NCBI RefSeq assembly: GCF_902713615.1
Contig: NC_052146.1
Coordinates: 309,582,335-309,646,334, forward strand
Source of the DNA: Scyliorhinus canicula
Lineage: Eukaryota
DNA: 64,000 nt
Reading direction: 5' to 3'
In this document: positions 37,501-49,060 of the stretch, piece after piece
How positions within the stretch are numbered: position 1 is the first letter of the stretch
Layout: every line of letters begins with the position of its first letter
Translations under genes and position numbers: made by a program
Notes under the pieces: generated by a model
Database searches by the model: none
The model's input: only the letters and a program-made list of their open reading frames with translations
What the model was told of the DNA's origin: nothing

Positions 37501-40110
37501 CTGTTCCCAGCCGTGTGTTTCTCGGTGGGTGCGCTGTTCCCAGCCGTGTGTTTCTCGGTGGCGCTGTTCCCAGCCGTGTGTTTCTCGGTGGCGCTGTTCC
37601 CAGCCGCGTGTTTCTCGGTGGCGCGCTGTTCCCAGCCGTGTGTTTCTCGGTGGGCGCGCTGTTCCCAGCCGTGTGTTTCTCGGTGGCGCTGTTCCCAGCC
37701 GCGTGTTTCTCGGTGGCGCGCTGTTCCCAGCCGTGTGTTTCTCGGTGGGCGCGCTGTTCCCAGCCGAGTGTTTCTCGGTGGGCGCGCTGTTCCCAGCCGA
37801 GTGTTTCTCGGTGGCGCTGTTCCCAGCCGTGTGTTTTTCGGTGGGCGCGCTGTTCCCAGCCGCGTGTTTCTCGGTGGCGCGCTGTTCCCAGCCGTGTGTT
37901 TCTCGGTGGGCGCGCTGTTCCCAGCCGTGTGTTTCTCGGTGGGCGCGCTGTTCCCAGCCGCGTGTTTCTCGGTGGGTGCGCTGTTCCCAGCCGTGTGTTT
38001 CTCGGTGGCGCTGTTCCCAGCCGTGTGTTTCTCGGTGGCGCTGTTCCCAGCCGCGTGTTTCTCGGTGGCGCGCTGTTCCCAGCCGTGTGTTTCTCGGTGG
38101 GCGCGCTGTTCCCAGCCGTGTGTTTCTCGGTGGCGCTGTTCCCAGCCGCGTGTTTCTCGGTGGCGCGCTGTTCCCAGCCGTGTGTTTCTCGGTGGGCGCG
38201 CTGTTCCCAGCCGAGTGTTTCTCGGTGGGCGCGCTGTTCCCAGCCGAGTGTTTCTCGGTGGCGCTGTTCCCAGCCGTGTGTTTTTCGGTGGGCGCGCTGT
38301 TCCCAGCCGTGTGTTTCTCGGGCGCGCTGTTCCCAGCCGTGTGTTTCTCGGTGGGCGCGCTGTTCCCAGCCGCGTGTTTCTCGGTGGGCGCGCTGTTCCC
38401 AGCCGCGTGTTTCTCGGTGGGCGCGCTGTTCCCAGCCGTGTGTTTCTCGGTGGGCGCGCTGTTCCCAGCCGCGTGTTTCTCGGTGGGCGCGCTGTTCCCA
38501 GCCGCGTGTTTCTCGGTGGGCGCGCTGTTCCCAGCCGCGTGTTTCTCGGTGGGTGCGCTGTTCCCAGCCGTGTGTTTCTTGGTGGGCGCGCTGTTCCCAG
38601 CCGTGTGTTTCTCGGTGGGCGCGCTGTTCCCAGCCGTGTGTTTCTCGGTGGCGCTGTTCCCAGCCGTGTGTTTCTCGGTGGGTGCGCTGTTCCCAGCCGT
38701 GTGTTTCTCGGGTGCGCTGTTCCCAGCCGCGTGTTTCTCGCTGGCGCGCTGTTCCCAGCCGCGTGTTTCTCGCTGACGCGCTGTTCCCAGCCGCGTGTTT
38801 CTCGGTGGCGCTGTTCCCAGCCGCGTGTTTCTCGGTGGGGGCGCTGGTCCCAGCCGTGTGTTTCTTGGTGGGCGCGCTGTTCCCAGCCGCGTGTTTCTCG
38901 CTGGCGCGCTGTTCCCAGCCGCGTGTTTCTCGCTGACGCGCTGTTCCCAGCCACGTGTTTCTCGGTGGCGCTGTTCCCAGCCGCGTGTTTCTCGCTGGCG
39001 CGCTGTTCCCAGCCGCGTGTTTCTCGCTGACGCGCTGTTCCCAGCCGCGTGTTTCTCGGTGGCGCTGTTCCCAGCCGCGTGTTTCTCGGTGGGCGCGCTG
39101 TTCCCAGCCGCGTGTTTCTCGGTGGGCGCGCTGTTCCCAGCCGCGTGTTTCTCGGTGGCGCTGTTCCCAGCCGTGTGTTTCTCGGTGGCGCTGTTCCCAG
39201 CCGCGTGTTTCTCGGTGGCGCTGTTCCCAGCCGCGTGTTTCTCGGTGGCGCTGTTCCCAGCCGCGTGTTTCTCGGTGGCGCTGTTCCCAGCCGCGTGTTT
39301 CTCGGTGGCGCTGTTCCCAGCCGCGTGTTTCTCGGTGGCGCTGTTCCCAGCCGTGTGTTTCTCGGTGGGCGCGCTGTTCCCAGCCGCGTGTTTCTCGGTG
39401 GCGCTGTTCCCAGCCGCGTGTTTCTCGGTGGCGCTGTTCCCAGCCGCGTGTTTCTCGGTGGCGCTGTTCCCAGCCGTGTGTTTCTCGGGCGCGCTGTTCC
39501 CAGCCGCGTGTTTCTCGGTGGGCGCGCTGTTCCCAGCCGTGTGTTTCTCGGTGGGCGCGCTGTTCCCAGCCGTGTGTTTCTCGGTGGGCGCGCTGTTCCC
39601 AGCCGCGTGTTTCTCGGGCGCGCTGTTCCCAGCCGCGTGTTTCTCGGTGGGCGCTGTTCCCAGCCGCGTGTTTCTCGGTGGCGCTGTTCCCAGCCGCGTG
39701 TTTCTCGGTGGCGCTGTTCCCAGCCGCGTGTTTCTCGGTGGCGCTGTTCCCAGCCGTGTGTTTCTCGGTGGCGCTGTTCCCAGCCGCGTGTTTCTCGGTG
39801 GCGCTGTTCCCAGCCGTGTGTTTCTCGGGCGCGCTGTTCCCAGCCGCGTGTTTCTCGGTGGGCGTGCTGTTCCCAGCCGTGTGTTTCTCGGTGACGCGCT
39901 GTTCCCAGCCGCGTGTTTCTCGGTGGCGCTGTTCCCAGCCGCGTGTTTCTCGGTGGCGCTGTTCCCAGCCGCGTGTTTCTCGGTGGCGCTGTTCCCAGCC
40001 GTGTGTTTCTCGGTGGGCGCGCTATTCCCAGCCGCGTGTTTCTCGGTGGCGCTGTTCCCAGCCGCGTGGTGGCGCTGCCGGCGGGAATCACAACGGCCAG
40101 AGAATTCCAG
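34512..40110. repeat. 30/33-bp satellite expanded inside a MITE-like shell
   Basis: Unit GTGTGTTTCTCGGTGG(GCG)CGCTGTTCCCAGCC, about 175 copies; bounded by GGGCTGATTCTCC and GAGAATTCCAGCC. Confidence 0.92.
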
Positions 40111-41005
40111 CCTTTATTTCTGCTTTTTGTAGAACTGCCACCCTCCGAGCTGAGACTCCGGGCTCCTCGATCACAGGGTCAGACCCATTATTGACCTGTC
40201 AATCCCTTCATGGTGACAGAATCCAATGGAGCTTCCCAACAGAAATGATGTGGGGGTGTGGCTGCTTGTCCAGCCACCCACTGAGTTCCCATCACCTCCA
40301 CTAGATTCCAGCCATTGTCCTGGCCGTACAGGACTGAAGCCGGAGTTACTGTGTTCCTCACTCACATTCACAGTGTGGGGGAACTATTCTGTGACCCTTG
40401 CCCTATTAGCTGAAGGAGTTGCTCAATTCAAGAACAAACCTTTGTTTCTTCAGTCCACATTCCAGCAATTCTCATTGATAATTGGAAAGTGAGCATTGAC
40501 CTGCTCAATAGTTTCATAAATAATTGTCTGCTTGGATTCTCTTGGGATTCTGCGCTCCCGGCCGCTGAGATCGGGAATCCCGCTGGGATCGTCGCCGGGC
40601 GACAGACCTGTTCCCATTCTTTACTCCCCCCCCCCCCCCCACCCGCCGGCCAGACTGTGCTACCCACCCCCCACCCACCCGCCGGCCAGACTGTGCTACC
40701 TACCCCCCACCCCACCCCCCCCGACACCGCCAGCCGGACTGTGCTACCCCCCCCCCCCCCCCCACCCCCACCACCCCCTGCAACCTGAAACCTTCTTCCT
40801 CACTAATAACCACCCGGTCAATCTTTGTGTCTTTCACAAACTTACTGATCCTCTCCCCACATTCTCATCTGTATCAAACTTCAGCAACATCTCTCTCTTT
40901 TCATCAAGGTTCAAGTTCTGTATGACCAAGTCACTGATTTAAAACTCAGTCTTTGTGTAATAACATTATTTGGAATAAAAGCTTTGCAACATCGACATTA
41001 CTCAC

Positions 41006-41356
41006 TGGTTACATTCAGCCGGGTTCCATTCCCAAAGATTGTCCCCCAAATCCCACAGATATAGACAGCGGAGTCACCGAGCTTCACATCGCTGACTGTC
41101 AGAATGTAGCTGTTACCGGCAACATCTCTGGACGGCTGAAACCGATCAGACAGACCTCTCACCCGGTAAACACGGCCATCTACATAATGACTCAATATCG
41201 ATTCCTTACTTTCTGGGTAGTACCAACCTACATCGTATTTATCCACAGTGTGATCTACATGCTCGCTCTGTAAGTCACACAGAAACTTCACTGTTTCACC
41301 CTCAGGCACTTTCACAACTTGAGGCGATTGGATAAGAACCATCCCTGTCACATGAC
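41006..41356 (-). CDS. Ig V-set domain D1, germline-joined VJ type
   Basis: 351-nt phase1-phase1 exon (ttcacag| ... |gtgagt). LIQSP, B-strand Cys (KFLC), Trp (VGWY), DSAVYIC, then canonical J-like FGNGTRLNVT in the same exon. Confidence 0.92.
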
Positions 41357-41959
41357 CTGTGAACAGAAAATAACTGGAGATCAGAACTGATCAGAAAATA
41401 CAAAATAGAAGCTGAAAGACAAGTTATTATAAAATCCTGTGTATATCAGGAATTAATTTTGGGCATTGTCATCAGTAACTTGCAGCCCAGTTGCTTTATC
41501 CACACCCTGACCTTCCCTGTCTCACATCACACTGTCCTGACCAATAATGTCAGCCCAGCATTTTGAGCTCAAAGTCTCACGTCTCAAGTGGGATTTGAAC
41601 TGAGCCAAGATGGAAACAGTGGGGAGGATTTGAAGGATAGAATGATGGGTTGGAGGTGGGTCAGATTGATGATATGTGTGCTGGTGTTGTGTATGGCTGC
41701 CTGCAGGCCTTAGAACAGAATGTACTCTGCCAGGAGCAGTGCAGTTTCCTCTGTTAAGCGTGGTCCAAATTTTAATTATTGATATAAATGGTAAACAACA
41801 GACATCCCAGCACAGAACACTGTAGAGTTCCAATTCCCATCTTCTCTCATTCATTTGTTTATGACCTTATCAAAGTTTGTTGGAAATCTAAATATATCAC
41901 ATCTACAAGTTTACCTATGTCTACTCTCTTAGTTAGCTCTTCAAAGAATTCTATTCAGT

Positions 41960-42270
41960 GGCATGGTAACACAGTGGTTAGCACTACTGCCTCACAGCAA
42001 CAGGGACCCGGGTTCAATTCTGGCCTCGGGTGACTGTGTGGAGTTTGCATCATCTCCCCGTGTTTGTTTCCTCCGGGTGCTCCAGTTTCCTCCCACAGTC
42101 CAAAGATGCACAGGTTAGATAGATTGGCCATGGAAAATTGCCCCTTAGTGTTCGGTTACGGAGCTAGGGTGGGGGCCTGACCCTGTGTCGAGTGGTCTTT
42201 CAGAGGGTCGGTCCAGACTGGATGGGCTGAATGGCCTCCTTCTGCACTGTGGGGATTCTCTGATTCTATG
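41960..42270 (+). mobile_element. V-SINE-like SINE (older copy)
   Basis: Same central domain. Shorter relatives at about 5784-5960, 32605-32785, 43703-43890 (minus) and 51546-51672. Confidence 0.8.
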
Positions 42271-43188
42271 AATTGATTTGGTCAAGAATGACACGTCCAT
42301 TTCAAGTCCATGCTGACTATTCATTCTTATATTTTTTTAAAGTCTAGATTTTTTCTATCTGCTCCTTTAGTAGTAATTCCATTATGTTTCCTACAACCTA
42401 TGTGGAACCAACTTGTCTATAATTCCCAGGACATGTTATATTTCCTTTCTGAAGAGTAACAATTCTCTTAATTTTATTTTAAATTAGGTTTCTAATCACA
42501 TTGTTGGATGTCATTTCCTGTCTGATTTCACTCTCTTTCCTGGCTTCTTGTGGTTTAGAATCAAGGATCCTATCAGAAGCTGAGAAAGATAAACCCAAAG
42601 GTCTGTGAAAATTGATAAAATAATAATCTCCCATTGGGCACGATGGGTAAACTCATCTACTGACCCAACGATCGTCCAACAATCAAACTGGATCTCGAGA
42701 ATTTCTGACCCCTTTAAGTTCCCAACTGCAGCCTGCGGCAACGTTACTGGGTCAGGATCCTCAACGCAAGGGGCAGGGTTCTGACCCACTGGTGGGCAGA
42801 ACATTCCAAGGATGGCTTTCTGAGATTGTCAACACTGCTGAGGCACCGAGTGGGACCTCTTCACATCCCACTCAACATCACCACAGGATTCCCATTGGGA
42901 AGCTCGGATCACTCACACTAATTAAATCAGTAAACATGCTCACAAAATTCCTGACTGAAGCATTGAGGCAGCAAAAAGCCTGGAGTTCTGTCAGAGTCAC
43001 TCCAACCTTCAGCATCTGTACATTAAACATCCTCCTCAGTGTGCTGACCCCCTCAGCAATTCCTACACCTCCCATTCCCATTCACACAGCCAGCAGTAAA
43101 TAGGTGCCTAAAAATACACATCACCCGCCAATAACCAGAAAATCAATTAAAAAACATAACAATGTGAAAGCAGCCCCAGGTTACTTAC

Positions 43189-43240
43189 CCACCGCCATAG
43201 AGAGGGTGAGAGTCAGGGCTGATAGAGCTGGGCAAAACAT
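43189..43240 (-). CDS. Leader (signal peptide) exon, proximal copy: MFCPALSALTLTLSMAV(G)
   Basis: ATG at 43240, hydrophobic 17-aa peptide, phase-1 donor G|GTAAGT matching the phase-1 acceptor of the D1 exon; TATAAAT about 105 nt upstream. Confidence 0.85.
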
Positions 43241-43304
43241 TCCAAAGTCCTTTTGCAAATGTACAATTCTTGTTCCTTTCACACACTCTTCTATCAGATG
43301 TTGC

Positions 43305-43356
43305 TGTGAAGGATTCCAGGAAGTCTCAATATTACTTCCTTGTTTTATTTATAGAG
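43305..43356 (-). promoter_or_regulatory. Core promoter of the receptor gene (duplicated at about 45243-45294)
   Basis: Minus strand CTATAAATAAAAC followed by an inverted Ets-like pair AGGAAGT-n9-ACTTCCT, upstream of the leader ATG. Confidence 0.55.
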
Positions 43357-43945
43357 AAGTGGCAGCACGTTCGCATAGTGGTTAGCACTGCTGCCTCACA
43401 GTGCCAGGGACACGGGTTAACAATTTTGGGGGAAAGGCTACAAGGGGGTGACTGTTCCTCTGAGACGGATCAGGCTCTTCACGGACATTAAAGGGGTCTG
43501 AAGGATTTTCGGATGATAATTCAGGAGCAGTTTAGGAAAGGTGGATTCGAGGTAGAAATCCGCTGGCAAATTAATTCCCTCCATTTAACATTCCAGAACA
43601 GAAAATAATCCAGAGAAAATCATCCCGCAGATCAGGAGAAATGGGAATAAAAGAATTAACGAGGTTTTATTCATTTTTAAACTAGATTTGGAGGACCCAA
43701 CTATTTTTTTCCAATTAAGGAGCAATTTGGAATAGACAATCCACCTTCCCTGCACATCTTTGAGTTGTGGGAATGAAACCCACGCAGACATAGGGAGAAT
43801 GAGCAAACTCCACATAGACAGTGACCCGGGGCCGGGATCGAACCCAGGTCCCTAGGCTGCAGTGCTAACCACTGCGCCGCCGTGCCACCCAACCATGTTT
43901 TGAACATGAAGAGTGAGACAATTGTGTCTGTGGATTGCCGCCCGC

Positions 43946-44972
43946 TAGAGTTTCAGAGTGGGATCGCTGGGCTGGGGGCTCAGTGTTAGAGTTTCAGAGT
44001 GGGATCGCTGGGCTGGGGGCTCAGTGTTAGAGTTTCAGAGTGGGATCGCTGAGCTGGTAGCTCAGTGTTAGAGTTTCAGAGTGGGATCGCTGAGCTGGGG
44101 GCTCAGTGTTAGAGTTTCAGAGTGGGATCGCTGGGCTGGGGGCTCAGTGTTAGAGTTTCAGAGTGGGATCGCTGGGCTGGGGGCTCAGTGTTAGAGTTTC
44201 AGAGTGGGATCGCTGAGCTCGGGGCTCAGTGTTAGAGTTTCAGAGTGGGATCGCTGAGCTGGGGGCTCAGTGTTAGAGTTTCAGAGTGGGATCGCTGGGC
44301 TGGGGGCTCAGTGTTAGAGTTTCAGAGTGGGATCGCTGAGCTCGGGGCTCAGTGTTAGAGTTTCAGAGTGGGATCGCTGAGCTGGGGGCTCAGTGTTAGA
44401 GTTTCAGAGTGGGATCGCTGAGCTAGGGGCTCAGTGTTAGAGTTTCAGAGTGGGATCGCTGGGCTGGGGGCTCAGTGTTAGAGTTTCAGAGTGCGATCGC
44501 TGGGCTGGGAGCTCAGTGTTAGAGTTTCAGAGTGGGATCGCTGGGCTGGGGGCTCAGTGTTAGAGTTTCAGAGTGGGATCGCTGGGCTGGGGGCTCAGTG
44601 TTAGAGTTTCAGAGTGGGATCGCTGAGCTGGGGGCACAGTGTTAGAGTTTCAGAGTGGGATCGCTGAGCTGGGGGCTCAGTGTTAGAGTTTCAGAGTGGG
44701 ATCGCTGAGCTGGGGGCTCAGTGTTAGAGTTTCAGAGTGGGATCGCAGGGCTGGGGGCTCAGTGTTAGAGTTTCAGAGTGGGATCGCTGGGCTGGGGGCT
44801 CAGTGTTAGAGTTTCAGAGTGGGATCGCTGAGCTGGGGGCTCAGTGTTAGAGTTTCAGAGTGGGATCGCTGGGCTGGGGGCTCAGTGTTAGAGTTTCAGA
44901 GTGGGATCGCTGGGCTGGGGGCTCAGTGATAGAGTTTCAGAGTGGGATCGCTGAGCTGGGGGCTCAGTGTTG
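43946..44972 (+). repeat. 41-bp minisatellite, about 25 copies
   Basis: Unit TTAGAGTTTCAGAGTGGGATCGCTGGGCTGGGGGCTCAGTG. Confidence 0.96.
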
Positions 44973-45126
44973 TCTCTGATGCTGTATTTTCCCATTGAAC
45001 CATGACAACCCCAAACTATCCCAATTCCTAAACAGGAATATCTGCCTAAAAATACACATCACCCGCCAATAACCAGAAAATCAATTAAAAAACATAACAA
45101 TGTGAAAGCAGCCCCAGGTTACTTAC

Positions 45127-45178
45127 CCACCGCCATAGAGAGGGTGAGAGTCAGGGCTGAGAGAGCTGGGCAAAACAT
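45127..45178 (-). CDS. Leader exon, distal duplicate (same peptide)
   Basis: Part of a direct duplication 43105-43422 / 45043-45360 (offset 1938); one synonymous change (CTA/CTC); donor intact. Confidence 0.75.
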
Positions 45179-45325
45179 TCCAAAGTTCTTTTGCAAATGT
45201 ACAATTCTTGTTCCTTTCACACACTCTTCTATCAGATGTTGCTGTGAAGGATTCCAGGAAGTCTCAATATTACTTCCTTGTTTTATTTATAGAGAAGTGG
45301 CAGCACGGTGGCATAGTGGTTAGCA

Positions 45326-48300
45326 CTGCTGCCTCACAGTGCCAGGGACACGGGTTAACACTGATGTCTCACAGCGCCAGGGACCCGGGTTAACACTGCT
45401 GTCTCACAGCGCCAGGGACCCGGGTTAACACTGCTGTCTCACAGTGCCAGGATCCCCGGGTTAACACTGCTGTCTCACAGCGCCAGGGACCCGGGTTAAC
45501 ACTGCTGTCTCACCGTGCCAGGGACCCGGGTTAACACTGCTGTCTCACAGAGCCAGGGCCCCGAGTTAACACTGCTGTCTCACAGTGTCAGAGACCCGGG
45601 TTAACACTGCTGTCTCACAGCGCCGGGGACCCGGGTGAACACTGCTGCCTCACAGTGCCAGGGACCCAGGTTAACACTGCTGTCTCACAGTGCCAGGGAC
45701 CCGGGTTAACACTGCTGTCTCACATTGCCAGGGACCTGGGTAAACACTGCTGTCTCACAGTGCCAGGTACCCGGGTTAACACTGCTGCCTCACAGTGCCA
45801 GGGACCCGGGTTAACACTGCTGTCTCACAGTGCCAGGGATCCGGGTTCGCACTGCTGCCTCACAGTGCCAGGGACCCGGGTTAGCACTGCTGTCTCACAG
45901 TGCCAGGGACCCGGGTTAATACTGCTGCCTCACAGTGCCAGGGACCCAGGTTAACACTGCTGTCTCACAGTGCCAGGGATCCGGGTTCGCACTGCTGCCT
46001 CACAGTGCCAGGGACCTGTGTTGACACTGCTGCCTCACAGTGCCAGGGACCCGGGTTCGCACTGTTGCCTCACAGCGCCAGGGACCCGGGTTAACACTGC
46101 TATCTCACAGTGCCAGGGACCCGGGTTAGCACTGCTGTCTCACAGTGCCAGGGACCCGGGTTCGCACTGCTGCCTCACAGTGCCAGGGACCCGGGTGAAC
46201 ACTGCTGCCTCATAGTGCCAGGGACCCGGGTTAACACTGCTGTCTCACAGCACCAGGTACCCGGGTTAACACTGCTGTCTCACAGTGCCAGGGACCCGGG
46301 TTAACACTGCTGTCTCACAGCACCAGGGACCTGGGTTAACATTGCTGTCTCACAGTGCCAGGGACCAGGGTTAACACTGCTGCCTCACAGTGCCAGGGAC
46401 CCGGGTGAACACTGCTGTCTCACAGTGCCAGGGACCCGGGTTAGCACTGCTGTCTCACAGTGCCAGGGACATGGGTTGGCACTGCTGTCTCACAATGCCA
46501 GGGACCCGGGTTAACACTGCTGCCTCACAGTGCCAGGGACCCGGGTTAGCACTGGTGTCTCACAGTGCCAGGGACACGGGTTAACACTGCTGTCTCACAG
46601 TGCCAGGGACCCGGGTTAGCACTGCTGTCTCACAGTGCCAGGGACCCGGGCTAACACTGCTGTCTCACAGTGCCAGGGACCCGGGTTAGCATTGCTGCCT
46701 CACAGTGCCAGGGACCCGGGTTAGCATTGCTGCCTCACAGTGCCAGGGACCCGGGTTAACACTGCTGTCTCACAGTGCCAGGGACCCGGTTAGCATTGCT
46801 GCCTCACAGTGCCAGGGACCCGGGTTAACACTGTTGTCTCACAGCACCAGGGACCTGTGTTAACACTGCTGTCTCACAGTGCCAGGGACCCGGGGTTAGC
46901 ACTGCTGGCTCACAGTGCCAGGGATGTGGGTTAACACTGCTGTCTCACAGTGACAGGGATGTGGGTTATCACTGCTGCCTCACAGTGCCAGGGACCCAGG
47001 TTAAAACTGTGCGGTGGTATGATTTGCATAGCTGTCTGCCATTGGTGCAGAACACTGGCTTACCATTGGCCCTGGTTGGTCATGTGCCTCTCGACCGATT
47101 GGTTGAGACCAGTCATGTGACGGCTCGCCGATTGGCCGAGAGGCTGAGTTAACCCCGCCTCCAGAGCGAGGTGTAAATACCCAGAAAGCCCGGCGGTCGT
47201 CCATTTATTGTAGTCGACCGCAGGGCTAACTTCTAGCTTATTAAAGCCTAACTTTTGTACAGCAACTCGACTCGCGTCCGATTGATGGTTCATCACACTG
47301 CTGTCTCACAGTGTCAGAGACCCGGGTTAACAATGCTGATTCACAGTGCCAGAGACCCGGGTTAACACTGCTGTCTCACAGTGCCAGGGACCTGGGTTAA
47401 CACTGCTGTCTCACAGTGCCAGAGACCCGGGTTAACACTGCTGTCTCACAGTGCCAGAGACCCGGGTTAACACTGCTGTCTGACAGTGCCAGGGACCTGG
47501 GTTAACACTGCTGTCTCACAGTGCCAGTGACCTGGGTTAACACTGCTGTCTCACAGTGCCAGTGAATTGGGTTAACACTGCTGTCTCACAGTGTCAGGGA
47601 CCTGGGTTATCACTGCTGTCTCACAGTGCCAGGGACCTGGGTTAGCACTGCTGTCTCACAGTGCCATGGACCCGGGTTAACACTGCTCTCTCACAATGCC
47701 AGCGACCCAGGTTAACACTGCTGCCTCACAGTCCCAGGGTCCCGGCATAACACTGCTGACTCACAGTGCCAGGGACCCGGGTTAGCACTGCTGTCTCACA
47801 GTGCCATGGACCCGGGTTAACACTGCTGCCTCACAGTGCCAGGGACCCGGGTTAACACTGCTGTCTCACAGTGTCAGGGACCCGGGTTAACACTGCTGCC
47901 TCACAGTGCCAAGGACCCGGGTTAACACTGCTGTCTCACAGTGCCAGGGACCCGGGTTAACACTGCTAACTCACAGTGCCAGGGACCCGGGATAACACTG
48001 CTGTCTCACAGTGCCAGGGACCCGGGTTAACACTGCTGTCCCACAGTGCCGGGGACCCGGGTTAACACTGCTGTCTCACAGAGCCAGGTACCCGGTTTAG
48101 CACTGCTGTCTCACAGTGCCAGGGACCCGGGTTAGCACTGCTGTCTCACAGTGCCAGGGACCCGGGTTAACACTGCTGTCTCACAGTGCCAGGGACCCGG
48201 GTTAGCACTGCTGTCTCACAGTGCCAGGGACCCGGGTTAACACTGCTGTCTCACAGTGCCAGGGACCCGGGTTATCACTGCTGTCTCACAGTGCCAGGGA

Positions 48301-49060
48301 CCCGGGTTAACACTGCTGTCTCACAGTGCCGGGGACCCGGGTTAGCACTGCTGTCTCACAGTGCCTGGGACCCGGTTTAGCACTGCTGTCTCACAGTGCC
48401 AGGGACCCGGGTTAGCACTGCTGTCTCACAGTGCCAGGGACCCGGGTTAACACTGCTGTCTCACAGTGCCAGGGACCCGGTTAGCACTGCTGTCTCACAG
48501 TGCCAGGGACCCGGGTTATCACTGCTGTCTCACAGTGCCAGGGACCCGGGTTAACACTGCTGTCTCTCAGTGCCAGGGACCCGGGTTAACACTGCTAACT
48601 CACAGTGCCAGGGACCCAGGCTAACACTGCTGTCTCACAGCGCCAGGGACCCGGGTTAACACTGCTGTCTCACAGTGCCAGGGACCCGGGTTAACACTGC
48701 TGTCTCAGTGCCAGGGACCCGGTTAGCACTGCTGTCTCACAGTGCCAGGGACCCGGGTTAACACTGCTGTCTCACAGTGCCATGGACCAGGGTTAGCACT
48801 GCTGTCTCACTGTGCCAGGGACCCGGGTTAACACTGCTGTCTCACAGTGCCAGGGACCCGGGTTAACACTGCTGTCTCACAGTGCCAGGGACCCGGGTTA
48901 GCACTGCTGTCTCACAGTGCCATGGACACGGGTTAACACTGCTGTCTCACAGCACCAGGGACCCGGGTTAACACTGCTGTCTCACAGTGCCAGGGACCCG
49001 GGTTAACACTGCTGTCTCACAGTGCCATGGACCCGTGTTAACACAGCTGTCTCACAGTGC
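45326..49060 (+). repeat. 35-bp array derived from a SINE head, about 100 copies
   Basis: Unit TTAACACTGCTGTCTCACAGTGCCAGGGACCCGGG; begins as a normal SINE 5' end at about 45299. Confidence 0.95.
47008..47295 (+). mobile_element. Solo LTR related to the Gypsy LTRs above
   Basis: TGTG...CATCA ends; shares CTTACCATTGGCCCTGG and GTCATGTGCCTCTCGACCGATTGG; sits inside the 35-bp array. Confidence 0.85.

Noticed and set aside
34512-40110. Ig switch-like region
   Set aside because: AGC occurs on both strands, but there are no AGCT palindromes and no downstream C genes; MITE origin explains the array.
34486-40304. Very long ORFs (up to 1201 aa)
   Set aside because: They translate a stop-poor 30/33-bp satellite, are open in many frames on both strands, and have no domain content.
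32186-41356. Rearranging Ig/TCR V segments
   Set aside because: No heptamer-spacer-nonamer after the second Cys; the J-like strand and splice donor are already in each exon; no D, J or C segments found.
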